Shown one piece after another: positions 30,593 through 44,128 of a stretch of 64,000 nucleotides of DNA. Each line of letters begins with the position of its first letter. Position 1 is the first letter of the stretch. The position numbers and the translations under genes are program-made. The notes under the pieces are model-generated. The model saw only the letters and a program-made list of their open reading frames with translations. It did no database searches and was not told the DNA's origin. The stretch lies in assembly GCF_009914755.1 (NCBI RefSeq), contig NC_060931.1. One strand, written 5' to 3'. This DNA is from the human T2T-CHM13v2.0 reference genome, Homo sapiens.

Positions 30593-30691
30593 CGGAAGAT
30601 AATAGTCTGTCTCAAAAGAAGAAGGTCACTGTAGAAGATCTCTTCAGTGAAGACTTCAAAATTCATGACCCCGAGGCTAAGTGGATAAGTG
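30593..30691 (+). CDS. DPP6: DPP6 coding exon (conventionally exon 3), 99 nt, phase 1 to phase 1
   Basis: T-rich tract plus AG at 30591-30592 and GTGAGT donor at 30692. Joined to the previous exon it reads (A)[32 protein letters not shown](D), the DPP6 ectodomain stalk. Confidence 0.97.
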
Positions 30692-31519
30692 GTGAGTCCA
30701 GGTCCTTCGTGCACAAGACATCGCTTCCCCATGCCTCACCCCCACTTTCAATAGGTTGGGTCTAGTAATTTGCCTCTCGGATTTCCCCCTTTGGCCACAG
30801 AAGGGGATCTACAGAGCTTTTGCTGTAGTCATCATCAGATTATCATTCTATGAAAATGTGTATCTGGTAAAATCAGGCTTTTGTAATGGTGTTGCCTCCC
30901 GAGCATCCACACAGCCTTCACTTAATGAGAAATGGGTCTGCTGAAGACGTGTCCTTTGTGTGCCACCTCCCAGAGACATCATTTCTCCGGGGGAGCTGTG
31001 GGGTGTTGCTTAGCAACAGGAACAGTGCAGGGCACGGTGAGCTTTCCTTCCTTCTCCACAATCTTCATTCCCCTTTGTTCTCTTGCTCTCTTTCCGTTAG
31101 GCAGAAGGACCAAAAGCAACTCATGGAGTTCTTGTAGAATAGCTTCCAAATGAAACTTGGAGTGCTGTACACAGATGCAGATTCATTTATTTTCCCTGTT
31201 GAACTTTAATTTGGATTAAATCTACTTTCCTTGTATGGGGGATTTTTTTTTTAAAACAACAGAACAAAATACAGTTGGGGGCAGAAGGCATATGTTCACA
31301 ATGCCTGTGTTGGTTCATAACATAATCTATTTCTTCTAATTGGGTCTGAAATAATTCAAGTGCATCCATGGAAGATGTACCCATCCCTCCATAGGCCAAG
31401 TTGCCAGCACCTCCCTGTTGCCTCCATTGCTGTTGCTTACATTTCATCTTTGCTTCAGTGGAATACACTTGAAGGTTTATCCTCAGGCCAGAGAACTTTA
31501 TAGTGATCAAAGTCTAGTT

Positions 31520-31650
31520 CAGATCCTTGCTTTTATAATAAATGAGGTCCAGAGAGGTCAAGTGACTTTTCTGAGGTCACAGAGCTGATGAGTGCGAGCT
31601 GTGGCTAGCAGCCCGTCCCCTGACTTCCAATTCAGTGCTCTTCCCACCAT
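31520..31650 (-). mobile_element. MIR fragment
   Basis: Reverse MIR core (gaggtccagagaggtcaagtgact...ggtcacagagct). Confidence 0.7.
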
Positions 31651-32434
31651 CCTCTTTTGCTGAGTGATCGAGTGTCGTTGTATGTTTTTCTGTCAAACTG
31701 CTTCTAAAATGCTTTTCATGCTTCACAAACTCTCAGAAATCAATTAACAATGACTCTTGGCTGTTAGTCTCCTGCTTAGGGGCAATCACTTTTCTTTCGT
31801 CCTCTATTGTGGCTTCAGTATTCATTTCTGACCCTTAGATTAGCTTATTTAAAAGTGAAAAAAGTAGGTGGATCTCAGAGGGAATGTATTTTAGAAAACT
31901 GGGGAGAAATTAGAGCAGCAGTATATCATGAATACCAAGGGCACACAGAAATTAAAAAACAAAACAAAACAGCACAGAGGTCTTTTTGTTTGGTGGAGGA
32001 ATTGACTTTGCCTTTGTTTTCGGCTGACCTGCTGAAATGTTCGTGTTCGTGTTCACTGTATGTTCGTGTACACCCGCTGCATCAGCAAATGCAAGCACTT
32101 GTGGGATGCCACAGGTAGACCTTGGGAGGAAAACATGACAACTCTCCTTGAGGAGCTCAAAGTTGTGTTGGAGACGTATCTATGAGCAGCCAGTGGGAAT
32201 CCTAACACACAAGACTCAGAGAGGAGGATCGGAAGTTCTCATCCTTCTCAAAGGATGTCCCAGAGACAGTGCACAAACTCAGTCTTAAAGCGATGGCTAG
32301 GAGCTTGTTAGAGAAAGCTAAGAATAGAGCCCTGGAAGAATGTTAGGTCTAGAATGTTAGTCTTGCTAAACCCTGGTTGGGGGAACCAAAACCAAGCTGA
32401 GAAACAATGCCCAGCAGTTACAAAAACAAAACAA

Positions 32435-33837
32435 AACACTTAGACTTGTGGTATTTAAGAAAATGAGTGAGCACAGTGGCTCACACCTGTATTCCAGCAC
32501 TTTGGGAAGCCGAGGCAGGCAGATCGCTTGAATCCAGGAATTTGAGGCCAGCCTGGGAAACATGTTGAAACGTCACCTTTATAAAAAACTAGCCAGCCAT
32601 GTGGGACCTCTGGTCCCAGCTACGTGGGAGGCTGAGGTGAGAGGATGGCTTCAGCCTGGGAGGTCCAGGCTGCGGTTAACTGTAATCATGCCATTGCACT
32701 CCAACCTGAGTGACAGAGCGAGACCCTGTCAAAAAAAAAAGAGTGAACTCTTTGGTATTTGTCAAAAACCAATTATAAAGGCTCAGTTAATCATTGCAGA
32801 GTTACTTCATTCACTTTAAGCTATTACGTCTTTAGGGAGCAGGTTTGTCCATGGAACTGTTTCTCAGTGGTATACATGGGAGTCACACCACCCACCACCA
32901 TGATCTCCCACCACCACCACCAGCAGCACCAGCACCACAGGCTTCTCTTTCTGCTCCTTCTCTGCTTCTCCTTCTCCTTCTCGTGGAGAGGCAGAATTCA
33001 AGGATGAATCAAGAGGCCAGAAACAAGGGACACCAAACCTGAGCTCTAGGGTTCAGAGTAGGTTGGAGGAGGGCCTGGGAAGACGCCATGATATGTTGAA
33101 ATAAAGTGTATTCATACCTATAAGGTATATATTTTTATTAGAAAGCCCATGGCATCAGACTTGGCCTAAAGCAGCATTCCATGTGCCAAAAAAAAAAAAG
33201 TATATGTAGAGATGTGGAGACACAAGAGCACAGATGTTTCTGGAGGAACGTGTGCCAGTTCATGGTATAAGGAGTTTGATTTTTATGAGCAAATGAATGG
33301 AGTCTGCCCAGAGAGGCACTGGCTTTCTGGCCAGAGGAGACCAGCCGGATTTTCTTTATATCCGCAAAGCTGGGAGTTAATACACGCAATTGAGACGTGG
33401 CTATGTGCCCAGCAGAAAATGCCCAGCCTGCCTGTATCATCAGGTTATGCCTATTCATAATGACCACCTGCAGTTCTAAATGGACCTGCCTTTGGTGTTG
33501 AGGAGCTTTCTTAGGATGATTCTCCCTCTGTAAATGTACACACTGAAGAAACTTTGCTGTGAAGTAACCAAGTGGTTGGGTCCCCAAATACAGGTTTGAT
33601 TTGGAGTGTTTTGGAACCTAATAATTCCACTCACACATGACCCTCAGCTTCCCCTTACCTTTTTTTTTTTATCTTATTCCTCTTCCTAAACATTCTCTCT
33701 CTTCCCGCTCCCTAAAGAGGCAATAGCTTAAAGTGAATGAAGTAACTTTGCAATGATGAACGGAGTCTTTATAATTGGTTTTTGACAAATACTATAGAGT
33801 TCACCCATTTTTTTTTAATACCACAAGTCTAAGTGTT
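32435..33837. repeat. Inverted repeat of non-repeat-looking sequence: arm 32435-32843 (split by AluJ) versus arm 33704-33837
   Basis: By-eye alignment over ~134 bp gives about 13 differences (~90% identity) after removing the Alu. Confidence 0.92.
32469..32740 (+). mobile_element. AluJ SINE
   Basis: J-type features (gatcgcttga.., gaggtccaggctgc); TSD-like aaaatgagtga / aaaaagagtga. Confidence 0.88.
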
Positions 33838-34039
33838 AAGATCTGGGAAAAGATTACTACAAATCCATAGGATTATCTCATGTTGTAGAGCTGGGATGAG
33901 CCTTAGAAATTATTAGAACATTAATTCATTCAGTAAGAGATTTTTGAGTGCCCACAGTGTAGCAGACAAATTGCTGGGCCCAAAAGCGGTGAGCGATTTG
34001 TTCATGGAACTGTTTCTTAGTGATAGACATAAGAATTAT

Positions 34040-34160
34040 TACCCACCACCACCATCTATCACCACTACCACCATCACAGTCTCCTCTTCCTCCTCCTCTT
34101 CCTCACATCACCATCATCATCATAACATCATCATCAAGATCATATTATCATCTTCATTAT
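34040..34160 (+). repeat. (CAC/CAT/CCT)n low-complexity tract
   Basis: Direct reading; a related tract lies at 32885-32980. Confidence 0.85.
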
Positions 34161-34164
34161 CTTC

Positions 34165-34365
34165 TGGGTGTTTACTGTGTCTTAAGCTCTAGGCTAAATG
34201 ATCTATATACATATATATATATATAGACATTTAATTACCACAACTACAATGATTCCCATTTTACAGATGAAGAAACTGAGTCTCAGGGTATTGAAATAAC
34301 TTGATCAATATCACAAAGTTTGTAAGTAGCAAAATTCTGATTTGAACCTAGGTCTGTCTGGTTTT
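34165..34365 (-). mobile_element. MIR
   Basis: cccattttacagatgaagaaactgagtctcag and atttgaacctaggtctgtctg motifs. Confidence 0.85.
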
Positions 34366-34883
34366 TATAAACTACCCTATTCTGGATAAAATTCAGGTCT
34401 CCTGCCAATTTCTTTTGCAACCTTAGTAGTTACATTGTGTATTTTAACCAAAATTATAGGTTCCGAACAGTTCAGAATAATTGCCACTTTTTGAAGTCTC
34501 TATTCTAGCTTTCTATTCCCATAGTGACCATGTCAAAGTTACAAAATACGCAAGAGATGAAGAAAAATGGTGTAATTCTCTACAGAGGAAGAGACTTGAT
34601 TTTGTTTTTTGTTTGTTTGTTTGTTTGTTTTTTAGTACACATTAACTGCTGAAGTTAACAAGTGTACCTTGGGTTTAATATTGGAGTTAACAGTCTGGAA
34701 CTAATACGCTTTATTTATCAGGAGGAAATGTGTTAGGTTGGAATTGAATTTCCCTTCCCTCATTTTTATACTGTATGCTTAATTTTTTAAATCTACCTTG
34801 TCTGAAAATGATTGGTACAACAGCCTCACATTCTCTAACATCCTGAAGACCTTGTAGACTTCCTTACTTGTTTGTTGCAACTA

Positions 34884-35261
<378 letters not shown>

Positions 35262-35899
35262 TCACTCTGGGCTCCCTCTCAAAGAGGTGCACACTCCCAG
35301 AAGTGGTCACAGCATTGCCTCTCCAAGTATTTGCTCCATTGAGTAAATTCTTATACCTGTTATAACAACCGCATTGCACTTCTTAACCTTTTGGAGCCCC
35401 TTTGTGCCATTCTGGGACTCCACTCTAGGGGCTGTGATGAGATATTTTGGTTACTCTTTGTTTACATGGACCAATCATCCTGGGCTCCCCTGGCCCATTC
35501 CCTCTTTCTCATTTCTAGATGATGATAATTGCAAATCTCACCTTCTCTGCCCAACCCTGCAAACTCCCTCCCCATCCTCCTTCTCAGCTGAAACTGCCAG
35601 AAGAGAGCTTAGGAACACTCCCACTGTCCTGTCAACTGGCCTCAACACTGCCGCTGGCTCTTCCTGCACCACTCCCACCCCGCCCCTGCCCCGCCCCACA
35701 GGTGACCTGTCTGCTGTCTGCACTCAATCTAAAGGAAGCACAGATGCACTCGCTTCACTTACCTGAGGAATCATTACAGCAGGCCCCTCCTTTCTCCCCT
35801 AAATTTTTGTTCTGTATTGGCTGATTCCTATCATGAACGAAATGTGGTCTTCCTTCTCTTACCTTAACACAAACACCTCATCTCAAGTCCACATGCCCT

Positions 35900-37005
35900 G
35901 CCTGGCTCGGCCTGGCTTCCCTGTTCCCCTTTGCAGCCTGAAGCAGTCTTCTATCTGTAACATCTCCAGGTACTCTTCTTCCACTCTCCCTAAATCCACT
36001 CCCGTTAGGCTACCACGCCCAGCACTCTCCGAAACTCCTCTTGTCAAGGTCAGAGATGACCTCCAGGTTGCTAAATGCAACAGGCATTTCTCAGACCCCA
36101 ACTTATTTTACCTGCCAGCAGCATTGGACACCATTGATTCCTCCTCTGCCCTGGATACACTTTTTTCTTTCTTGTCAGCTCATGGGCATCTCCTTTGCAG
36201 GAGGGTTGGCCGGTTCTCCCTCTTCTCCCTGACGTTTAATATTGCTGCAAGACTCAGGACTTGTTCCTCTCCTTTTCATGGCTGCACGCCCTCCCTTGGT
36301 GTCTCCCTCCAGTCTTATAGTTTTAAATATCCTCCATTTACTGATGATTCCTAAACATATGTCATCAGACAAACCTTCTCTCAAATCTCTCAGATGTCTG
36401 AGAGACATTTCAATTTTAACCTTAATATCTCCAAGTCTCAGTCCTTGATTTCCCCCCAAAACCAAAAATACAAAAGAAAAAAAATCCACCCTATCCACAA
36501 CCTTTCTGATGTCAGTTGATGGAAAAATTTGTAGAACAAGCTAAGGACCTTCAAGTCATCTTTTATTCTACTTTTTCTCTAACATCCCACATCCGATCCA
36601 TCAAGAAATCCTGCCAGCTCTGCCTTCAGAACACACGTGCCCATCCTAGCCTCCACGTGATGTTTGGGTGCATGAATACCATGGCAGACTTGGCATCAGT
36701 CCACTCGGAGGGTTGGAGGGCTGGACTCAAGCCCAGCAGCAGCAGGAAGGACCGAGGCTCTACTCTGGCACCTCAGGTACTAGCTCAGGTGCAAGGAGAA
36801 GGGGATGCTTGGGTGACTGGGGTGGAATTTTAATGTTTCTAACTTTAAAAGTCTGAATTCCTCAAGTTTCTCACTTATCCTCACTTTGTACTCCCTGAGG
36901 GGAAATAATTCACCCCCACAATGTTAGGTATTGTCTATATGATGATGAGTTTCAATTCTCTAGCTCAAATGCTCTTCCGAGCTATACACTTGGAGAGAGA
37001 GAGAG

Positions 37006-37042
<37 letters not shown>

Positions 37043-37640
37043 TGTGTGTGTGTGCATGTCAGTCACTGGCTAATTTCCATGTCCACTGCAGTATCTTACA
37101 TTCACCTCACATCCTCATGCCCAGCACTACATCATCCTCCCCCAACCTCTTCACAGACCCCCCGCTGCCCACTGTGCGAGCACAGCCCTGGCCCCCCGAC
37201 CCTCCATGTCTCAGACTCTACATGATCTGTTTACTCTCCTGACTCATCATTGGCCATCTCCCCAGTTTTCTCTTAAACTTTGCCTACGTGAACTTCTTTG
37301 GATTGCTTCAGAAGTCCATCTTCTTTTCCCCCAGAGTGGCTCTTACATAGGATGTTCCTTCTGTCCAGCCCACTCGCTCTCCTCTCCGCGTCCACTTGTG
37401 ATCACTCCTAGTCACCACCCTGCATGTTATCTTTTTCCTTTAAGTTGCTCCCTAATTCTTGCTCTGCCCCACATTGACTCTTCTGGTTTTGGATTCTCCT
37501 ATATCCTGCACTGACCCTTTTGTTACATAGGTTAAGTATAATTATTTATGAATGTAAACTCCACAAGGATGGGACTCGCATCTCTGTTTACTGTGGTATC
37601 CCCAGCACCAGCAAAGTCCCCAGTTTGTGGCCGTCCACGA
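35900..37640 (+). mobile_element. LINE-2 remnants (RT region and 3' end)
   Basis: ORF 35833-36354 peptide SETPLVKVRDDLQVAK...LPAALDTID resembles the L2/CR1 RT motif STETAL.KV.ND...DLSAAFDT.D; an L2 3' end lies near 37550-37640. Confidence 0.75.
36993..37054 (+). repeat. (GA)n(GT)n compound microsatellite
   Basis: Direct reading. Confidence 0.97.
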
Positions 37641-37679
37641 AGACTTCTTGGGCATTTTCTCATTTGATACTTAAACAGC

Positions 37680-38870
37680 CTAGTTTTAAAGATAAGGAAA
37701 CTTACAAGCATGTGATTTCACATAGAATGGTGGAAATCTTTTCTGATCATGTGATTTGGGGGCAGGGACCTGAAGGTGAGGATCATGCAGATGAGTTCTC
37801 TGGGGGAAAGCCTTCCAGGCAGGGTGGAACAACCAACGCAAAGGTCTTGGTGCAGGAGGCTGCTTGGCATATTCATGAACAGTGTTGAGCCTGAGGGAGA
37901 AGAGCCAGAGATAAGATCAGAGTGGAGGCTGGGACCAACACCTACAGGCTCTGTGGCAATGAAGGGGGCAAAGGGAGTATGGGGGAGAATTTAGAGAAGC
38001 TGAGAAGTTGGGTTTAACTTATTGGCACTGAAGGTTTTAGAATAACAATGACATGGTGCACGCTTAGGCTGATATATCAACTTCTTGTATTATATATACT
38101 ACACATTTGTTATATGTATGTATTTATTACAGTAAATTAGAAATCAGAGATTAACACAAATTTAAAAGATACTAAAAATTACCTGTAACCCCTCTAACTG
38201 AAAATGGCCACTATTAAATTTTCATAGCTCTCCTTCCAGATAATAACATATATTGAATAATACTAAGTGTATTAAGTAGGAAAATATTCATAACCTATAC
38301 ATACATATATTCTCATGGCAGTAAGTATACATCGTCATTATCTTTTTAACATCTTAATAGTATTTCACGATATTAATGTGCCTTAATTTGCGCCATCTTC
38401 TGATATTGAAAGTTTAGGCTGTGACAGGAAAGGAAGTGGCAGGTGTAAAAAGCCATGGTGAGTGACAAATCAGCAGGAGGTGGTAGTGTATAGAAATGGA
38501 ACACCAGGGAAGAGAGCACTGTCAAGGCTGACTTGAGGATCTCAGGCCTGGGCAGCTGGAATGGTGATTCTCTATTCTTGACAGGGAGTCAGTTTCTGTG
38601 ACTGGATGAAGAGTTTGGAGTGGAAGTCTATGAGCAATAACTCGGTGGAAATGTTCGTTAGGTATTGAGAACTGGGGATGAAGCCAGGTGAGAGGTTGGA
38701 GCCATCTGGAGGACCATGGAAAGCGTGGGTTGTGGAGGTACTGCTCAGAGCCTCTCGGAGGGAAGAGGGGAAGAGGGACACGGAGGTGTCTGAGGAAGTG
38801 TGGTCAGGGAGGCAGGAGGAGAACTTCTACCACGCCACGTCAAAGTCAAGGCAGGAGAAAATGCTCTAGG
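37680..38870 (-). mobile_element. Patchy antisense LINE-2 remnants
   Basis: Purine-rich segments typical of reverse L2; boundaries uncertain. Confidence 0.45.
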
Positions 38871-39026
38871 CGAGTTAGTGTGCTGCCGATTTTGTAACGG
38901 CAGATGTAAATGAAAAACCACCCCACGGTGGCCACGCACCTCTTCCTGGCTCACAGCCCCAGGGACGTGTTTGTGTAGACAATAGTGGTGATCATTTGAG
39001 TCATATTTAAATTGTTTATTTCTTTC

Positions 39027-39776
<750 letters not shown>

Positions 39777-41462
39777 TCACTAACCACACTAATTTATATG
39801 GCAAATACCCTCTTATTGACACTGTTGCAGACTATAGTAGGGGAAAGGTTAATTCCAGAAGCAGGGTGAAAGACGCTTACATGCAGACAGCTTTCCACCC
39901 TCTCCTCACCGCATCTGTGACCAACAGAAAGTGTCTCCTCTGTCTTAACAGAATTTGTCACTCTGCTCAGGTAGCTGATGCCACTGCACCTGGTGAGCCA
40001 CCTAGCTCAACAAACATATTTGCTTTTACAGATCTGCCTTTTATGAAGGCAGCCTGGGCTAAACCTTGGAAATGGTTTGATAAGCCCCATGCCCTGTGCT
40101 CTGAGCAAATCGAAGCCTCCTGCATCCTTCAAGGGGTCCCCTCTCCTCCCGTCTCCTCCCAGTATCTCTTGGATGCAGGCAGGCCTGGAGCTGATTGACA
40201 GAAGCTGCTCGCTGGGCCTGATTAACTTGTCTGCTAGCTCCAGGCAGAGCTTGGCCTCACAGCCCATCCGGCTCCTGCCTCCTCCCCGCCCCCTGCAGCA
40301 TGTTCAACTTTAGTCTGAATATGGTGATAGACCATGTGGCTGGCACCAGCATCTCTCCACTGTCTGTGTTTGTTTACGCTCATTTTCATTAATCCAGCCA
40401 CTTGTTAGCAGAGAGCCCTCTGTGTCTCTAGGATGCGGTACTAGAGAGACTGTAAAATTGAAGAAAATTGCTTCCTTTGAATGGAGGAAAATATCAGCTG
40501 GCTGGTTGATACTGGAAAAGTATATGTTTCAGAAGATAAAATTGGAGTTAGTGCACAGGGCTCAAAGCAACTTGATTTCCATATGTGCTTTATCCTCTTC
40601 TCTTTTGTTATGCTGAAAAAACAGATGGGTTTTTTTTTTAAATAAAGCTTATGGGGTTAGGTAGAGGGGGGAATTCAAGTTTAAAATGGTTTGGGTATTT
40701 CCACTGCTTTTTGGAGGCCACATTTTTCAATCAAAACCATTAAGCCTTAGAATTGCAGAGAGTAATAAAGTCCCCTCGAGGGCACTTGGTACAGCAGCCT
40801 GTATCCCATGGCCAGCAGGGACTTCAGGGAAGTACCCAGGAAGGGCAGGCTTCGTAAGAGGGACTGTGTTCTCCCACGGCTCTGAGAGTGTTTGGAGAGC
40901 ATAACAGTGATCATTTGAAGTCATTACATAAAAATACACACTGAAGCACATCGTTGTACCTTAATGAAGTCCTTAAGAAATAAACAAAATGTAATTATGG
41001 TTTACATTGGTGTAAACCACCAGTTTATTTTTTCTCTCTTTTGTTGTCATGCTCAAGGTCGCACCTTTCCTTAAGAGAAGAGAGCCTCAGTTGTCTGGCA
41101 TTAGGAACCCAATCATGTCTCTGACTATTTTCGTGCAGTAAAATCTGTCCATGCCATCACTCCCATTTTTTCTGCCTAACACAGTTTCAACAGTATCCTG
41201 TCTGCACGGCCAGGCTTATCCTTAAATGCATCTTCCCCATTTCTGGTCTCTGAGCTAAGACAATTATTTGCTTAAACTTCTGCAAAAGTTTCCTATTGGA
41301 GTTTTCTATAGGACCTACGGGAAGAACTCAAAAGACAGTATCATTTAGCGCCAGCAGCAGCGGAAGCAATAATTGCAACAGGAATTGAAAGGATAACAGT
41401 AGCTGCATGAAATATCTCAGTTACTTCAGTTCAGTCTTCACTGAAACCCATGGAGGCAGGAA

Positions 41463-41647
41463 TTTTTTTTTTATTATACTTTAACTTTTAGGGTACATGT
41501 GCACAACGTGCAGGTTTGTTACATATGTATACATGTGCCATGTTGGTGTGCTGCACCCATTAACTCTTCATTTAACATTAGGTATATCTCCTAATGCTAT
41601 CCCTCCCCCCTCCCCCCACCCCACAACAGTGCTGGAGAGGATGTGGA
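41463..41647 (-). mobile_element. Very short L1PA insertion with a tiny 5' inversion, inside a MIR
   Basis: Reverse L1 3' UTR 41463-41629, then opposite-strand ORF2 sequence tgctggagaggatgtgga; TSD ggaattttt (41459-41467, 41645-41653). Confidence 0.85.
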
Positions 41648-41805
41648 ATTTTTACCTTTACTTTAGAAATAAGAAAACTATGAGTCAAAGACACTAAATC
41701 ACTTTTTCAAAGTTACCAAGATGGCTTTAGAGAATCCAGGGTGTTCCTGCCTCAGTGTACCTTGCCTCCCCGGTCTCCTCACCACCCCTACTCATGGCCT
41801 CTATT

Positions 41806-42098
41806 TTGTTTTTTTTTTGAGATGGAGTCTCACTCTATCGCCCAGGCTGGAGTGCAGTGGCACGATCTCAGCTCACTGCAACCTCCGCCTCCCTGATTCA
41901 AGCGATTCTTCCGCTTCAGCCTCCTGAGTAGCTGGGACTACAGGTGTGTGCCACCACGCCCAGCTAATTTTTGTATTTTTAGAAGAGACAGGGTTGCACC
42001 ATGTTGGTCAGGCTGGTCTCGAACTACTGACCTCGTGATCTGCCTACCTCGACCACCTAAAGTGCTGGGATTACGGGTGTGAGCCACCATGCCCGGCC
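41806..42098 (-). mobile_element. AluS, antisense
   Basis: Perfect 16-bp TSD actcatggcctctatt (41790-41805, 42099-42114). Confidence 0.95.
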
Positions 42099-43589
42099 AC
42101 TCATGGCCTCTATTACCACGTTCCTGGCCATATTAGGTTCTTTGGCAGCTTTGTGACTTTATTGCTCTTCTCTTTTTCTGAAAATACCGTTGCTCATCAC
42201 TTCTCTGCTTCAGAAAGTCTCATTAATCCTCATGGCTTGACCCAAAATACATTCTCTCTGATTTTCCAAATTAGAATTAGTTGTGTACTCCACGATACCG
42301 CAGTAGAACTTTACAAAACTTCAGTCAGAGCATCAGCTTGTGAACCAGCTAGGGTTGGACCACCTTGGGGATGCAGCCCACTTCGCAGAGGCTGGATGCA
42401 CTTCCTCCGTCTGAAAGCAGAGAGAGGTGTGTCTTGGGGCAGGGCAGCCGATTTCTTCCACACCACGCTGGTCCCTTCCAGAGGTGCTGTAGGTCCTCTG
42501 CCTGTAGGTCCTCTGGGCGGACTCTAGTTCCTAACTGATGGATGATGCTGGGCCCCGCTGTTGATGCTGCTTAATTCATAATTTGGGGACTCAAGTCTCT
42601 GCAGGCTCCACTGGGCCAACTTGCTTCCTGCAGAGATACATGTTCAGACTCTACTAATTACTTTTCCTTGGCAAACGTTGCATCCCTGGGAAATTTAAAT
42701 ACAACTTCCATCTTTGTTGACTCCAGTTTAGACCCCGGCCAAGACTGAAATCGCGTTTCAACTTTATTTGTTTGCAGTATACAGAGGGACAGGCTCTTCT
42801 TTTTTTGTTTTTGCTTTTTTGATTTAGGGAAATAAATATTTGATTTTGTGTGTATATACGTGTATACGTACATATTTTTTTCTCTTAAGTAAAGGGATCT
42901 CATGTGAGATGTTCATGTTTTTTTCCTACTCTGATAAGTAGACAGATATTCTCCAGGTCATTATACGGTTGTTTCCAGGGCTCCAAGGATCTCAAGAAAT
43001 AATCCTGAAGACCCCGCCGTACTCAGCCCCTCCATCCTCCTACCTAATAGAGCAGATGACAGGATACGCCGTGCAGCGTGCCTTGTGGCCAGCCTGGTCT
43101 TTCTTCAAGGTCAAGCTCAAAATCAAAGCCTGGGGCAGGCGGTTTTCTGCCTGGCAACGCAGCTCAGCCCCAGCAGCCCACAGACCAGGATGCAGGAGTT
43201 TGTTTTACTTTAGTTCCGTTCCAATTAAAAGAGTCTGAGAGCTCAGGTGAATCCCAATGCACTGTAGCTGTTTGGCCCAAGGGTGAGATTCTGCCGCGTC
43301 CTCTTTTTAGAGTGAAGCGCATTCAGAAGACCCATTAATTAGAGACTATTCATCCTTCAACACGATGATATTCACATGAGCACTGACACCACCATTTATT
43401 GTCTCAGTTAAATTACTTCACAGAGTCCTTAACCATGGTAACCTGCTAGGGTCTAATTAATTATCATTGACATCTTTTCAAACATCGATCACCTTCTTAA
43501 TTAATAAAAAAGACTCACTTGATCTCTTCGGTAACTGAGCACCGTCCCCTGTGACTCATCAATCTTTTGCCCACAGCATGTCTCACTTC

Positions 43590-43745
43590 ACATTCAGGTG
43601 TCTGTCTGCATCTCTGTCTGGCTCTTGACAGCAAACATCTTGGGGGTCACAGGTATGTTGTAGTAATTATCATAGTTCCCTCATAGGTCACAGTATCTGG
43701 GGTGGGATAAAGTCTCAATAAATATTAACTGATTGAATGATTCAG
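43590..43745 (+). mobile_element. L2 3' end
   Basis: ctcaataaatattaactgattgaatga terminal motif. Confidence 0.65.
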
Positions 43746-43861
43746 CAAATGGGCAAATTGAGTCTCCAGAGAAGAGGCCTCTGGGAACTGAATTTTTGGT
43801 TAATTGAGGGCTGGCCAGGCTCTTTATTGTAACTCTTCGTGTTTTAAGAAAGTAGACACAC

Positions 43862-44128
43862 GTGGGCGGGGCGGGACGCAGTAGCTCACGCAAGCCTGTA
43901 ATCCCAGCACTTTGGGAGGCCGAGGCTGGCGGATCATGAGGTCAGGAGATCGAGACCATCCTGGCTGACACAGTGAAACCCCGTCTCTACTAAAAATACA
44001 AAAAAAGTTAGCCGGGCGTGGTGGCGGGTGCCTGTAGTCCCAGCTACTCGGGAGGCAGTGAGCCAAGATTGCGTCACTGCACTCCAGCCTGGGTGATTGA
44101 TAGAGCGAGACTCTGTCTCAAAAAAAAA
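43862..44128 (+). mobile_element. AluY/Sc-like with a ~40-nt right-arm deletion and extra 5' bases
   Basis: TSD aagaaagtagacacac / aagaaagcagacacac; ctactcgggaggc is joined directly to agtgagcc. Confidence 0.9.

Noticed and set aside
32418-33840. Inverted repeat as terminal repeats of a piggyBac-like element (the right end abuts TTAA)
   Set aside because: The left end lacks a clean TTAA, there is no transposase trace, and the interior contains a direct copy of sequence lying outside the arms. Not fully excluded without a genome-wide search.
35833-36354. 173-aa ORF
   Set aside because: Decayed LINE-2 RT sequence.
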